From assembly GCA_010909165.1 (NCBI GenBank), contig VJWM01000283.1:1-64000 (forward strand): a stretch of 64,000 nt of DNA, read 5' to 3'. Position numbers and translations under genes: made by a program. This document shows, one piece after another, positions 22,499 through 37,200 of this stretch. The stretch is from Anthoceros angustus (taxonomy: Eukaryota > Plantae > Anthocerotophyta). Positions within the stretch are counted from its first letter, which is position 1. Every line of letters begins with the position of its first letter. Below the pieces are notes generated by a model. It was given only the letters and a program-made list of their open reading frames with translations, was not told where the DNA came from and searched no databases.

Positions 22499-25400
22499 AT
22501 GGCCACCAGCATTGTCAATACAACCAAACTAGAGTTTCGAGATAGAGACCGCTTCACGGGAAGCGATGACGACATCTGGCAGATGCGCATTATTGCGCTG
22601 CTAGAAGAGCACGACCTCATGGGTATCGTTGATGGTACAGTCCCCTCGCCGACTACCACATCTACCCCACCTGCAACTGCTGACCAGATTGCAGCTTGGT
22701 CCAAGAAGGACAAACGTGCCAGAAGCATCCTCATCTCTGCTATTGACAAAGCATCCGCAACACATGTGAAACTTCCTCCAACTTGTGAGTCGGAAGACTT
22801 TAAAGATACAATGTTCGAGCCCAAAGCAAAGATGTCCCTCGTGTCTGCGACTAGTGAATTCTATTCCTCGAGATATGAAAAGTCGGATCACGGTCCGGTA
22901 ACATGTGAATGTGTTCCGATCCTCAGTGGGAAAAGCCAGCCTCGGGAGAATGCAACCGTCATCTCCGGGTTGCAAAGGCTGTGTTGCACTCTCTAACCTC
23001 CTTGCCACCGTGTCACAAGAACATATCTATTAGTGCATAGAACTCGGCAATTATTTGACGTGGGGCAATGCGGTAGAGTGCGATATCCACATACACATTC
23101 ACCGAGGTAGTTGCGGCTCTTCTGGAGGAGGAATCCAGCAGGCCCATGAATCACAGGGCAACCCCATCCAGCACTCATGCGCTATTCACCACCAGAGGAC
23201 GTGGCGCCAGAAGAGGAGGCGCGCGCTGCGGGTAACTCTGGAACACGCATATGCCATTCATTCTCAATCTTGAGGGCAGACAGTAACTCGGGCGGGACCA
23301 AGGGCCCGTGCAATTGGTGCCGTATTCTCGGGCACTACGAGTGAGGTAGAAACTTATGCCTGGCGAACCGTCGCGATTCACCCTGGCAACGAGTCCATTA
23401 CGCGATTGCACGGTGCAAGTCAAGCTGCCACCACTCCTCCTATTGGCTATATGCCTGACACTCACCAGAATAGATGAGAATAGATGGTTCCACGGACTCG
23501 GCATGAACGCACATATATCTGTGTAAAGAAGAAGGAAGCTTTCGAATCTTACCACGATTCACTGCCGGATCGTAGACGTCCTCCTTGGAACAACAGGCTT
23601 ATGGCGAGCACCGGCAATGTCTCAATGCAGCTATCAAATGGAGAAAGTCTCCTTATCACAGGAGTCCTGCACGTACCCTGCATGACAAAGAATCTGCTGT
23701 CAGTTTGAAAACTAGCAACTGAGCACAACCTCGTTATCACATTCCAGGGTAACCACTGCCTCATCCACAGTTTTAATGATCCCTCTAAAACCATTCTTGC
23801 ACATCGTCTGCCATACGATGATCTGTACTTATTAAATATCCAATCTATATCCTACAACGCTTAGAGCGGCCTGAAACCAACCACTGGGTCTCCTGTCAAG
23901 TCAGTTCTCTTCTGCGTGCATTCTAAGTGCGTCTGCAAGCCACATGAGCCTGATTACCTCAATTCCTTGTCCAACCTTGCCGTATGCGGAGACCCCCATG
24001 CTCGGCCAAATGATATCCCAAACCTTGATCTTATGAAATGGCCCAAAATTAAATCAGTTACCTTTTAATGATCCCTTACCCACTAGAGCAAAACGCCTGC
24101 TTGAAGTCATCCACTCAGACATCTGTGGCCCCATGAGCACCTCATTTTTCGGTGGTCATTCCTATTTTCTGACTTTCACTTGGATGAATGGAATGAAATC
24201 TTGTCTATATATTTCCTCAAGCACAAGGACGAAGCCCTCGGTGCTTCGAAATTGCGTCGCCTTAGCGAGCGACACCACGATGCCAATCCGGCCACCATCT
24301 GACGGATAATGCCGAAGTATATCAAACAATCCTTTCAAAGCTTCTTGCACATCCAAAAGGGGTATGACTGGCAGCTGACTCACGATTCCTTACACACCGC
24401 ATGTAACCCTTTTGCGAGGCTGAGCAGATCATCATTGGAGATATCTTGTTCGCTGCTTAAGCTATCAGGACTCACAAAAGGATCTTGGGCGGCGTGTCCT
24501 GACCAACTATATCAAAAAAAGCAGTTGACCAAAGGAGATTCCCAACGTTACACCATATGAGTGTTGGAAATGACCGCCGATTCTCATCTTGAATCTTGGC
24601 GGCCAGGCATTGCCCACATTCCGAGATGACTGCGCCAAGAAATGGGGCCGACAAAAGTAAGAGATTCTTTGTTTGTGGTTATTGAAATGATCAAGGCCTA
24701 CCACCTACTTGATCCTTCCACACGTCAGGTAACACTATCACGTAGCGTCCATTTTCATGAAGCAACTTTACTCCACACTTATCTGCAATCGGTGTCCACC
24801 TCTACTCCTCTCCCTGCTTCTAGCCTTCACGGCCATTCCCCTTCTTCCCTTTCTGACCTTGAGGGGGACACATATAACCCTATAGATTATGAGTTTGATG
24901 ATGTATGGCAGAATGATGGCTGTGCACCACCGGTGTGCTTCCATTGGCTCAAAAAGCACATCCACCAGTCATCCAGCCACAAGCCCTTGTTCGGCCACGA
25001 CTGCACCAACTCGACCACACGCTGCCAAATTGACCACGAGAGAATTAGAACCCCATCTTCCACGGCCGACTTGGCGTCGTGGCACAACCCATACGCTTGA
25101 GCACGCATAGAAGATCCACTCACATCGCCATCCTCCCCGATCAATCTGGAAGGATCCACCATATCAACCCGGAGACTCCATGACAGCCAGAGGCACCACC
25201 GATCCAGCTCCAGCCCCCGAGGACATGTCACAAGAACACACTCATTAGATTCACGTAGCCCTACATCAAGCAATGTCAGCAATTGAGATGCAGTACGTAC
25301 CGAAGTCAATTGAGGAAGCTTTCAAAACTCCTGAATGGACTGCAGCAGCTAAGTCCGAGTATGATTCATTGATCGCCAACAAGACATGGATACTTACGGA

Positions 25401-26800
25401 TTTACCACCAGGCCGTAAGCCCATATCTTGCAAGTGGACATTCAGAAGAAAGCTGAATCCAGACGGCACTGATATCGAACTGGTAAGGCTAGTATGAGAG
25501 CTTCGATCAAGTCAGCTTCAACTATGAAGAGAACCGACTTTACAGCCTTGTTGTCAAATCAACATCCATCAGGATACTTTTGGCTACTGACCCAACACCC
25601 TTTGGACATCCATCAAGTCGGCGTTAAGCGCTTACGTACGGTACACTCAACGAGGACATCTACATGCTCCAACCCCCTGGCTACATCAAGGACAGCAAAA
25701 AGGTATGTAGCTTATGTAGTCCCTTTACGGACTGAAGCAGTCTGCCCAGGTATGGAATGAAACCGTAGATCTATTGCTAAAGAAATCTGGCTTCTCACCT
25801 CTAACTGCAAACCCCAGTGTCTACCTTCTCAGACAGAAGGAACACTTTGTCATTATCACTCTGTATGTAGATGATAACTTCATCTTCGGCAGCTGTCCTC
25901 AGATCATCCAACACGTTAAGGATCTACTAGCCAAGGAGTATGAGATTGTAGACATAGGTCCTCTCAAGTATGCCTTAGGCGTCCAGTTCGAAAGGAACCC
26001 TGCAGACCACTCCTTCTTCATCCACCAGCAGCACTACGTAGACCAACTGTTAGACAGGTTTAATCTCAAGGACGCCAGACCTGTCACCACACCCATAGCT
26101 GCAGATGAGAAAGTGTCAGCTGAGGACAGTCCAGCAACACCAGAAGAAACTAAAGAGATGGACTCCATACCTTATAACCAAGCTGTAGGTAGCCTTCTGT
26201 ACCTAGCCATATGGACATGTCCAGACATCTCTCAAGCCATAAACATAGCATCTAGATACCTCTCCAGCCACAGTGGCCGCCCACAAGACATGTGGCCAAT
26301 AGATACTCGAGATATGTAAAAGGGACCAGATCCCTCGGACTCTACAAATCGTCAGGATGGGCGGCCAGTTAGTACTCATATGCTTTGAGGGCCTTGTTTG
26401 GCGGGGAGACCTTAGCGCTTGAAGTCGGCGGCTACCTCTTGCACCATGATCAACGGTTCAACAGTCTCTTGGGCATGTAAGAAGATGCCAACTGTGTGCC
26501 TCTCATCAACCGAAGTGGAGTACGCAGCAACCTCGCTGGCGGCCAAGGAGATACTCACAGATACGCGGTTCTTGCATCAGCAACAACGATCCAGCAGAGC
26601 TCGAGTCGAGCAGTCCACCATCGCCATGACCCTCAACCCAGTCCTTCACGCCAGGACCAAGCACGTCGAGATACAACACCACTTCATCCGTGATAAGTGG
26701 AAGCAAGTCACCGGCTATATCGTCACACGAAGACAACAGGCGGACACGCTCACGAAGGGCCCGGCAAGGAACCACCGAGCGGCATGTACAGATAGGGGTT
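22499..26800 (+). pseudogene. Copia A gag-pol (frameshifted)
   Basis: IWQMRIIALLEEHDLMGIVDG; VLHVPCMTKNLLSV; LEVIHSDICGPM; NKTWILTDLPPGRKPISCKW; LYVDD; VSWACKK..LSSTEVEY; NPVLHARTKHVEIQHHFIRD. Confidence 0.92.
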
Positions 26801-27212
26801 GGCGAGAAGCTTATCATGGAGGGGGAGCTCATCTTCCTGCTCTAGGGAAAGCGCATTGAAGACATTGAGTGATTTCCAGTGCGGGCTGCGGAGCTCACAT
26901 TTGCTACCTCAAGACACGACGTCATCTTCGCCCACCGGAAGAGGTTGCATCACCGCTATTCTGAATTGTTCCATGCTAAGCAAGGCATTTTGGTGAGCCC
27001 CGCCTCAAATATCATATTCAGTTTTCTATTTCTGCGCTTTGGGTACTTGACCCGGCGAGCTCCGTCACTTTGTCACTGATGGCACTGACAACGTGAGACC
27101 CAAGCTGAAGAAGCCACCATATCACCGACAGGATGCAAGACAAGTTCGAGACACGCATAGGAGATCGAAGCCATCTTCGACATCGCTCAGTCTCGGTGCT
27201 CCCAGTTTGCAG

Positions 27213-27458
27213 TGAGGGGGAGTGTTGTGACATATGCGCCAACTACACAGGAAGCAGCACTTTAGGGCACGGTTCACATGTGTGGACAATCGATTAAATA
27301 ATTAAGTTCAGTAAATAGCGGTTAGCCAAGTTTTACCTCCGCGGTTAGACTCAGAGTTAGTTATTAGGAACCAGCAGTTATAACTGCAATAAACTATTGT
27401 ATAAATACCCGTTCATTATCAATGTAGGTTATCCTTTTCTCAAAAGCTTTGGATTTCA
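27213..27458 (+). repeat. Copia A PPT (27213-27222) and 3' LTR (27223-27458)
   Basis: TGAGGGGGAG followed by TGTTGTGACATATG; ends TTTCA before the TSD. Confidence 0.95.
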
Positions 27459-27659
27459 TAAAGATAACTTGGGGGTTATGAATGGTAACTACCAATATAC
27501 TTTGCCCTGGGATGTGCACCACGTGGCACCTTTTCCACCGTTGATTGGAGTTTCCCAATTCCTCTTATACTAAGATACTATTTTCCCCTAGTTTCCTAAC
27601 GGCCCAATCTAGCTTTTAATTTCCTATTCTGACCCATTTATCTAGTCCACTAAAGTCTA

Positions 27660-28235
27660 CAATAGCTGCAGATGAACCAGAACCCAGAGAAGCCCCTCCT
27701 CTACATCTTTCAACAAGGCTTCATCGTCCCATAGAAGAGTGGAAACCGGATTATGTCGTAGGTATGGTCACTGCTGCTCCCCTTTCTCAAGATTTTGTCC
27801 TCAATACTGCTGCTTCTTTAGATGAACTTGCTACCTATAAGGAAGCACTAGAAGGCCCTGAGGCATAGCAATGGAAAAAGGCCATAGAGTCTGAATACTC
27901 CTCTCTTATTCAAAACAAGACATGGAAGGAAGTTGACCTACCTCCTGATCGCAAGCCTGCTACTTGCAAATGGGTGTTCAAAAAAAAATTAAACACAGAT
28001 GGCAGTGTGGGGAGGTATAAAGCCATATTAGTAGCCAAGGGGTATAGTCAAGTCCCTGGTCTAGATTACAACGAGACTTTCGCCCCTGTTGTGAAATCAA
28101 CCACTGTAAGAATACTCCTTGCAATTGCTGCCCACTTCAACTTGATAGTCCACCAGCTAGATGTCAAAATTGCCTTCTTGCATGGCCTTCTAGAGGAAGA
28201 CATATATATGAGTCAGCCAGAAGGCTACATAAAAA
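27660..28235 (+). pseudogene. Copia C reverse transcriptase, 5' part (interrupted by copia B)
   Basis: [76 protein letters not shown]. Confidence 0.93.
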
Positions 28236-29002
28236 TGTTAAAATGATAGCATTAGCCCTTAGGGCACGCTTCATTATTTAAGTCATTAGAGCTCAAGCGC
28301 CACCTTGAATGGTCACCATTCAAAAGCGTTCACAACACCGCTTGGGCAATGGCCAAGCCTACATTCGAACATTCTCTGTACTCTTATGCAATCTAATGTA
28401 AGATCCACGCATCAGTTCTTCACATGGTATCGAGTGGGCGCCCGCCTGCTCTACCTATCCAACCCCATGACATCCATATGCGTCTCCTCATGCACGGAGC
28501 CATAAGGCAGCGCCTCGAAGAAGAGCAAGGCTCAAGCGAACATTTAGAAAATGTCGGATCACTTAGAGAGCAAAGGAATCTTAAAGCGGAGAAAACTTGT
28601 GGCATTACGGTGGGCGTTACTGCGGTGTCCTGCTAATTGGGGAAGAAATTCTCTTAAGAGGTCACATTGACCAACAATGCGATTGGTCTTATCTGCAAGT
28701 TGAATTTTGTTTCACCAACCATGAAGAAAGCAGTTCACTACAACCACGGGCGTAATTGCCCCAATTTCCCATGAAGCAAACAGCAAGTCACATCTTGCCT
28801 AGGAAACCTAAGCCGCCAACATGGCCTCTACCAACTTCCATCCGCAAAGACATAGAAGACACCCACAATTAATTGAAAATTGATGAGGACCAACCATGCC
28901 CACATAAAATCTCCCCAACGCAGGCGAGTCCTTATTACTATGCAAATAGAAATATCTACCCTACTCAAACACGGTTTGAGTCTAGAAACCGACACACACA
29001 AG

Positions 29003-32000
29003 ATGTCAACCTCTCACCTCTCCTTGTCCAAGGAGGACAAGTTCGATGGCTGCAACACAATTTCCATACGGAAATTCGGGATGACCAACATCCTCAAAGA
29101 GCGCAAGCCTGGGCTACGTCGGCGGTAGGCAACCCCCACCCCATACCTTTCCCCGCAGCAGGAACCCACCAAGACAAAGACGACTGGGAGGACCACAACC
29201 AACAAGCTAAAAATGTTCTCATGCAAAGCATGAAGCAAGGCACCGTCCAGCAGCTCGAGGGGACAGCCATAGCGGCCGCAGCCTGGACACAGCTGCATGA
29301 AATCTATGACGCCCACGACATTATGCATACAATACACACCATCAAGAGCTACCTCAGCCTCCGCATGGCAGAGGGTGACCATGTGGACCACCATGCAATG
29401 GTGTTTCGAGCCGCGGTGAAGTTCCGTGCCCTTGGCTTCAACATCCCGAGGAGCTCCTAGCGGCAGTGCTATCAACACTCTAATCGTGGGTCATCGTGCA
29501 AAGCTTACGGCATTCAACCTCTAATCAACAAGGTACTCGGTATGCTTACGGAGGAAGGCCGCAGAAGGTCTTCGCTCACGGAGAACCCTCCTCCCCAGCC
29601 GCCTTCTTCACGGAAGAGGGAGGCAACGAGGTCGCGGACGAGGCAATTTTGGGGAACAAACGCGGCACCCCTAGAGGACGGGCTCCTTTCCCAGCCGTGG
29701 CGAGGTACATACAACCCTTCATGGAAGCCCTCTGCTCGCAAAATCCGACACACATACGAGGAATGCCGAAAGATTAGGCTCTTCTAACAACTACAATCAA
29801 CATTCAGACGGTGGCCTTAACCATGCGGCGACACTCCAAGGCTTTCTTTACTCACGTTAGCCATGAAACACCACCTCACTAGCACACCCTCGCTCTTGTA
29901 GCTTCACTTTTCAACAAGGGAACATGCAGTACATAGATTAAGCTTCGCACATGACTCCCACAAGGAATACTTCACAAGCCTCAACCCTACAAGACAATCC
30001 AACTTTGTTAGCCTTGGTGACAACTCCAAACACCACATAATAGGGTCGGATCTCAGACCTAAGCGTCCAACCTAATTCAACCATGCAAATTTCGACGTCC
30101 TCTTACGGACTCACCAAAATCTCTTTTCCGTGCGTAAGGTTGATCAGCCGATGCTACGTTTGTTTTGGAGATGGCCATGCGTCATAGAAACCCACAAGGC
30201 GATCCGATTGCCACAGGCGACCTTAAGAACGATGATTTGTACCACCTACGGGTTAGCCACCTCTTCACTCTCTGTGGCACAGACAAAATCGACCTTTCTG
30301 CACGCCCGGCTTGGGCACATGAACGTCAGAATGCGGGATATGATTAAAACACAAGCTCTCATGGTATTCCTCTTACCAATATCGAGGACTTGATGTCTGC
30401 GACATGCTCCCTCGGCAAGAGTCACCGGCCTTCCCTAAGGCATCCTACACACGAGCTACCAAGCGGCAGTTAGTGCATTCACTATGCGGGCCTTTCAAAC
30501 GATCCCTATTTGGATATACATATTTCATCTTTGTGTCGGCGACTTCACTCGATTCACGTTATACATCCTCAAGAACAAGGCCCAAGCATTCCCATGCTTT
30601 AAAGAGTACAAGATATGGTCGGAGAAGCAACGGGTGACACCTTACTCGCCTCGGATCGACGGCGGTGGTGAATCTTGCTCCACCCAATTTTCCACCTTAC
30701 GCAAGGAACACATTCATCGGCAGATTACCACTCCACACACCTCTCAGCAGAATGGGGTCGCAGAACGGATGAACCGAACTATACAAAATTGCGGGCTAGC
30801 CATGCTTTTTCATGCAGCTCCGAAATCCCTCGCGGGCGATCGATCATCTACATTGGTAATCGCACAATTACCTCGTCCCTCTCACAAGGCACTCCATATG
30901 CAGCTTGGACAGGCAATAAGCCGGATTTATCCTCCTTGCGGGTCTTGGTGCTCCGTGTATGCTCATGTTCCCAAGGTTATCGTGGACAAAACTCGACAAC
31001 AAGGCACAAAAGCTTACATTTTATCGGCTTCACCAACGGATCAAAGGATACAAGCTAATCCACCCTCAAACGCACAAGGTGACCCATTCTCGCGACGTCA
31101 CATTTCTTGAGGATATGCAGCCACAGCAGCCACATCCAGTGGGAGTTTCTTCACAATCTGTAGACAGCGATGACGACAATGGTTCCGTGGACTTCTCTGC
31201 CCCTGGCCACTTTCCAGCACAACCGCCAAACCCGGCCCACCTCAGCCCTCCACTCAGCCCGTGCCACCAGCCACGCCGGCCCCTACGCACGGCCCCTTAT
31301 CACAGCCCGCTCAGGACACACCACAACCCATCACATTCGGAGATTTCGACACCGCTGATCTTGGCGCCCCTCACTGCCTGGCGCCTCAAGCCCAGCGCGC
31401 CATGGCTCTCGGGCGAAGGCGGTAGCTCGCAGACCGCCCGATCGGAGGCGATGACCTCCATTATAGCAGCCCCCAGTGCACCGACACCCTCAATCCGACA
31501 ATTTTCCGATCCACGGCGGAGCTCGGTGGCGAGCACCCGCCACAATCAGGCGGGCGCACCTGTCCCGCGCGCGAGCCCGCAGACTCGGTCTTCCTCACCG
31601 GCATCCCCATGGCACACCAAACCGGGCGCTCGGCAATTAGGGCGCCCGGATCACTTGACGCGCTGTGAGGGGCACCTCTCGGACTTGGGACCGAGATCGA
31701 CCTCACCTTATAACACAAGCTCACCCTTGGCCCTTTTCGACCTGGAGGCATCCCAGAGGCAAGTATATGACATGATACTCAAACGACAACAATATTTCGA
31801 TCCTCATTTTGAGAGCATACATGAGGTTATTCCACACCGACTGATACCACCCAGCCTAGGCGAGGCAATCCCAGTTCAACGCGAGTCGATAGATATTCTC
31901 CTACTAATCGGGATCCTAAGAGCAATAGCATATTGTCTTAATGCAGCTGTAGACCAATTTGTCCCTGCTAGCTATCAGGAAGCAATAACCTGCCCACAGA

Positions 32001-33430
32001 AGGAACATTGGAAGCAAGCAATCAGGTCAGAACTAGAATCCCTAGAAGCCAATAAAACTTGGACTCTAACTCTTCTACCTAAGGATAAAATTGGTAGGAA
32101 GTAAGTGGACATTTAAATTAAATTAAATCTTGAAGGTAGTATAGAAAGATATAAAGCTAGGTAGCTAAGGGATATTCACACAAAAATATGGTTTTGACTA
32201 TGAAACCTTTAGTCCCTGATCAAAATAACTTCACTTAGAATCCTCTTAGCTTTGGCATCTCATCACAACTATGAACTAATGCAACTTGATATTAAGACCT
32301 TTTCTATATGGCGACCTTGATCACATTATTTATATGGAGATTAGGAAGGATACATGTTCGTGATAAGAGAAAGCATAATGCTTGCTTATTATTGAAATCC
32401 TTATACTGGACTTAAGCAAAGCGCCATGAATGGTATCACAAGTTAGATGTCACCTTAAGGAGCTAGAGTTCACTAAGCTAAACTCGGATAGCAACATTTA
32501 TATCAAGAGACTAGGTAATGAATTCATTGTCTTAGGAGTATGTAGATGACATAGTTCTTATGTCTAATACTAAGGCTATTTTAGAAAATACCAGATCTAT
32601 GCTAGCTAAGCGTTTCTCTATGACAACTTGTAGAGAACTTTCTTTCTGTTTAGGCATACGAGATAGAAACGCTAGAAGCATCCTTATTCACCAGTCCAAA
32701 TACATCCAAGAGATTCTAACCAAGTTTAAGATGTTAGACGCTAAACCCATCTCTACACCCATGGAAATGAATCTTAAGCTTAGCAGGGAAGCAGACCAAC
32801 AGGATGATACCTCCAATACTACTCCTCCTCCTTATTCCTCGGTAGTCTTATGTATCTTATGGTTTGCACCGGACTGGATCTATCCTATTCGAGCCTCAAG
32901 CTCATTGGAAGGCGGTTAAGAGGATACTCGGATACTTAAGAGCAACCCCGGACCTAGGGCTGCTCTACCAATCACATATCAAACAAGGAGAGCCTTTACA
33001 ACTAGAAGGCTTTAGCGACGCCGGGGGCACGTCAGCGATAGGAAGAGCACAAGCAGCTATGTATACCTACTCGGAGGCACGCAACAATTTGGAGCAGCAA
33101 GAGGCAACAGTGGTGTCGGCTCAACAAAGGCTGAGTATTGCTCTTTAACACATGCTTGTAAAGATGGACTTTGGCAACTTCTACAACTTTCGGAGTTAGG
33201 CGAAATGCAAAGGATCCCTGTGCCTCTCTATTGCGATAACCAGTGCTATTGCACTCACGTATAATCCAAAGTTCCGCACGGACGAAGCACATAGAGGTGC
33301 AATTTCACTTCATAAGGCAAGTAGTTGATGAAGGCAAGTTTATAGTTGTTTATTGCCCGACGAGCGGATGACGGACTTACGCACTCATCGATCAAGCATC
33401 AAGAACACGTGAAGAATATGGGACTAAGAA
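29003..33430 (+). pseudogene. Copia B gag-pol, copy 1
   Basis: MSTSHLSLSKEDKFDG; FLHARLGHMN; QQNGVAERMNRT; WKQAIRSELESLEANKTW; RTKHIEVQFHFIR. Confidence 0.92.
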
Positions 33431-33516
33431 GAGTCTCGGTTACACACAAAGCTTAGCAAAGTTTGCACATATATATATATATATATATAGCCTAAGGACT
33501 ACATGCTAAGTGGGAG

Positions 33517-33706
33517 TGTTAAAATGATAGCATTAGCCCTTAGGGCACGCTTCATTATTTAAGTCATTAGAGCTCAAGCGCCACCTTGAATGGTCACCAT
33601 TCAAAAGCAGTTCACAACACCGCTTGGGCAATGGCCAAGCCTACATTCGAACATTCTCTGTACTCTTATGCAATCTAATGTAAGATCCTGACATCAGTTC
33701 TTCACA
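33517..33706 (+). repeat. Shared central LTR of tandem copia B
   Basis: Preceded by PPT and followed by PBS; matches both flanking LTRs. Confidence 0.95.
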
Positions 33707-34292
33707 TGGTATCGAGTGGGCGCCCGCCTGCTCTACCTATCCACCCCATGACATCCATGTGTCTCCTCATCATGCACAGCCATAAGGCGCCCGCCTCGAA
33801 GAAGAGCAAGGGTCAAGCGGAACATTTAGAAAATGTCGGATCACTTAGAGAGCAAAGGAATCTTAAAGCGGGAGAAAACTTGTGGCATTACGGGCGTTAC
33901 TGCGGTGTCCTGCTAATTGGGGAAGAAATTCTCTTAAGAGGTCACATTGACCAACAGTACGATTGGTCTTATCTGCAAGTTGAATTTTTGTTTCACCAAC
34001 CATGAAGAAACAGTTCACTACCACAGGCGTAATTGCCCCAATTTCCCATGGCTGTCAAGCGACAAGTCACATCTTGCCTAGGAAACCTAAGCCGCCAACA
34101 TGGCCTCTACCAACTTCCATCCGCAAAAGACATAGAAGACACCCACAATTAGTAATTGAAAAATTGATTGATGGACCAACCACATGCCCACATAAAATCT
34201 CCCCAACGAACGTCTGAGTCCTTATTACTATGCAAATAGAAATATCTACCCTACTCGAAAACAGTTTGAGTCTAGAAACCGACACACACAAG

Positions 34293-37200
34293 ATGTCAAC
34301 CTCTCACCTCTCCTTGTCCAAGGAGGACAAGTTCGATGGCCAACAACACAATTTCCATACGGAAATTCGGGATGACCAACATCCTCAAAGAGCGCAAGCT
34401 GGGCTACGTCGGCGGGGTAACCCCCAGTCCCATACCTTTCCCAGCAGAACCCAGAAGACAAAAGGCATCGAGGACCACAACCAACAAGCTAAAATGTTCT
34501 CATGCAAAGCATGAAGCAAGGCACCGGCTCGAGGGGCCGGTGGACAGACTGACAGTACGAAATCTATGACGCCCACGACATTATGCATACAATACACACC
34601 ATCAAGAGCTACCTCGGCCTCCGCATGGCGAGAGGTGACCATGTGGACCACCATGCAATGGTGTTTCGAGCTGGGCGGTGAAGTTCCGTGCCCTTGGCTT
34701 CAACATCCCGAGGAGCTCCTAGCGGCAGTGCTATCAACACTCTAATCGTGGGTCATCGTGCAAAGCTTACAGGGCATTCAACCTCTAATCAACAAGGTAC
34801 TCGGTATGCTTACGGAGGAAGGCCGGAAGGTCTTCGCTCACGGAGAACCCTCCTCCAGCGCGCCTTCTTCACAGGAAGAGGGAGGCAACGAGGTCGCGGA
34901 CGAGGCAATTTTTGGAACAAACGCGGCACCCCTAGAGGACGGGCTCCTTTCCCGGCCGTGGCGGTAGGTACAACCCTTCATGGAAGCCCGTCTGCAGCCT
35001 GCAAAATCCCTGGACACACATACGAGGAATGCCGGAAAGATTAGGCTCTTCTAACAACTACAATCAACATTCAGACGGTGGCCTTAACCATGCAAATGAC
35101 ACTCCAAGGCTTTCTTTACTCACGTTAGCCATGAAACACCACCTCACTAGCACACCCTCGGCTCTTGTAGCTTCCTTTCAACACAAGGAACATGCAGTAC
35201 ATAGATTCCGAGCTTAGACATGACTCCCCACAAGGAATACTTCACAAGCCTCAACCCTACGGACAATCCAACTTTGTTAGCCTTGGTGACAACTCCAAAC
35301 ACCACATAATAGGGGTCGGATCAGAGACCTAAGCGTCCAACCTAATTCAACCACCAAATTTCGACGTCCTCTTAGTACCGGACTCACCAAAAATCTCTTT
35401 TACGTAAGGTTGATCAGCCGATGCTACGTTTGTTTTGGAGATGGCCATGCGTCATAGAAACCCCACAAGGCGATCCGACAGCGACCTTAAGAACGATGAT
35501 TTGTACCACCTACGGGTTAGCCACCTCTTCACTCTCTGCGGCATACGAGACAAAATCGACCTTTCTCTCGCCGGCTTGGGCACATGAACAGAGAATGCGG
35601 GATATGATTAAAACACAAGCTCTCATGGTATTCCTCTTACCAATATCGAGGACTTGATCTCTGCGACATGCTCCCTCGGCAAGAGTCACCGGCCTTCCCT
35701 AAGGCATCCTACACACGAGCTACCAAGCGGCTTCGGTTAGTGCATTCCGACCTATGCGGGCCTTTCAAACGATCCCTATTTGGATATACATATTTCATCT
35801 TGTGTCGGCGACTTCACTCGATTCACCGTTATACATCCTCAAGAACAAGGCCCAAGCATTCCCATGCTTTAAAGAGTACAAGATATGGTCGGAGAAGCAA
35901 CGGGTGACACCTTACTCGCCTCGGATCGGGGCGGTGGTGAATCGCTCCACCCAATTTTCCACCTTACGCAAGGAACACATTCATCGGATTACCACTCCAC
36001 ACACCTCTCAGAATGGGGTCATGAGCGGATGAACCGAACTATACAAAATTGCGGGCTAGCCATGCTTATTCATGCAGCTCAAATCCCTCGGCGAGGCGAC
36101 ATCTGTCTACATTGGTAATCGCACAATTACCTCATCCCTCTCACAGGCACTCCATATCCTCCTTGCGGGTCTTGGTGCTCCTGTATGCTCATGTTCCCAA
36201 GGTTATCGAGGACAAAACTCGACAACAAGGCACAAAAGCTTACATTTATCGGCTTCACCGGATCAAAGGATACAAGCTAATCCACCCTCAAACGCACAAG
36301 GTGACCCATTCTCGACGTCACATTTCTTGAGGATATGTACCACAGCAGCCACATCCGTGGGAGTTTCTTCACAATCAGATAGATCGACAATGGTTCCATG
36401 GACTTCTCCTCGCCACTTTCCAAAGACAACTCCGCCAAACCCGCCCGGCCTCCTCCACTCGGCCCGTGCCACCACCACGCCCCGCACCCCTTATCACACC
36501 CCTCAGACACACCACAACCCATCACATTGAGATTTCGACATCAGATCTTGGCGCCCCTCACACCTCAGCGCCTCAAGCCCCGAGCGCCATGGCTCTCGGG
36601 CGAGGGGCGGTGCGATCGCGGGGCGGATCGGAGGCGATGACCTCCATTATAGCAGCCTGCAGTGCGCACCGGACACCCTCAATCCGACAATTTTCCGATC
36701 CACGGAGAGCTCGGCGGTGGCGACGCCGCCACAAGATCAGGCGGCGCCTTCTGTCTGGCGGCGCGAGCACGGCTCGGTCTTCCTCACCGGCATCCCCATG
36801 GCACCCCAGCGGCGCTCTCAACAATTAGGCCAGATCACTTGACCTTGTATGGGCACCGATGGATCGGACCTCTCCTGTATGGCACACAAGCTACATCGCG
36901 GCCTTTTCCAACGAGGCAGCCACAGAATAATGGCATGATACTCAAAGGCAAGACAACAATATTTCGATCCTCATTTTGAGAGCATACATGAGGTTATTCC
37001 ACGACTGATACCACCGACGAGGCGTAGGCAGCGTTGGCGTCGAATACACCGATATTCTACTACGGCAAGATCCTAAGAGCAATATAGCATATTGTCTTAA
37101 TGACCAATTTGTCCTAGCTATCGAGCAATAACACGCCCACAAAAGAACATTGGAAGCAAGCAATCAGGTCAGAACTAGAATCCCTAGAAGCCAATAAAAC

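Larger units (their letters stand above)
21674..27458 (+). mobile_element. Full-length Ty1/copia element (copia A)
   Basis: LTRs 21674-21912 and 27223-27458 (TG...CA), 5 bp TSD TAAAG (21669-21673, 27459-27463), PBS TGGTATCAGAGC, PPT TGAGGGGGAG, gag-IN-RT-RH order. Confidence 0.96.

Noticed and set aside
33467-33489. (TA)n tract before the PPT (also ~38629-38649)
   Set aside because: Ordinary microsatellite duplicated with the element.
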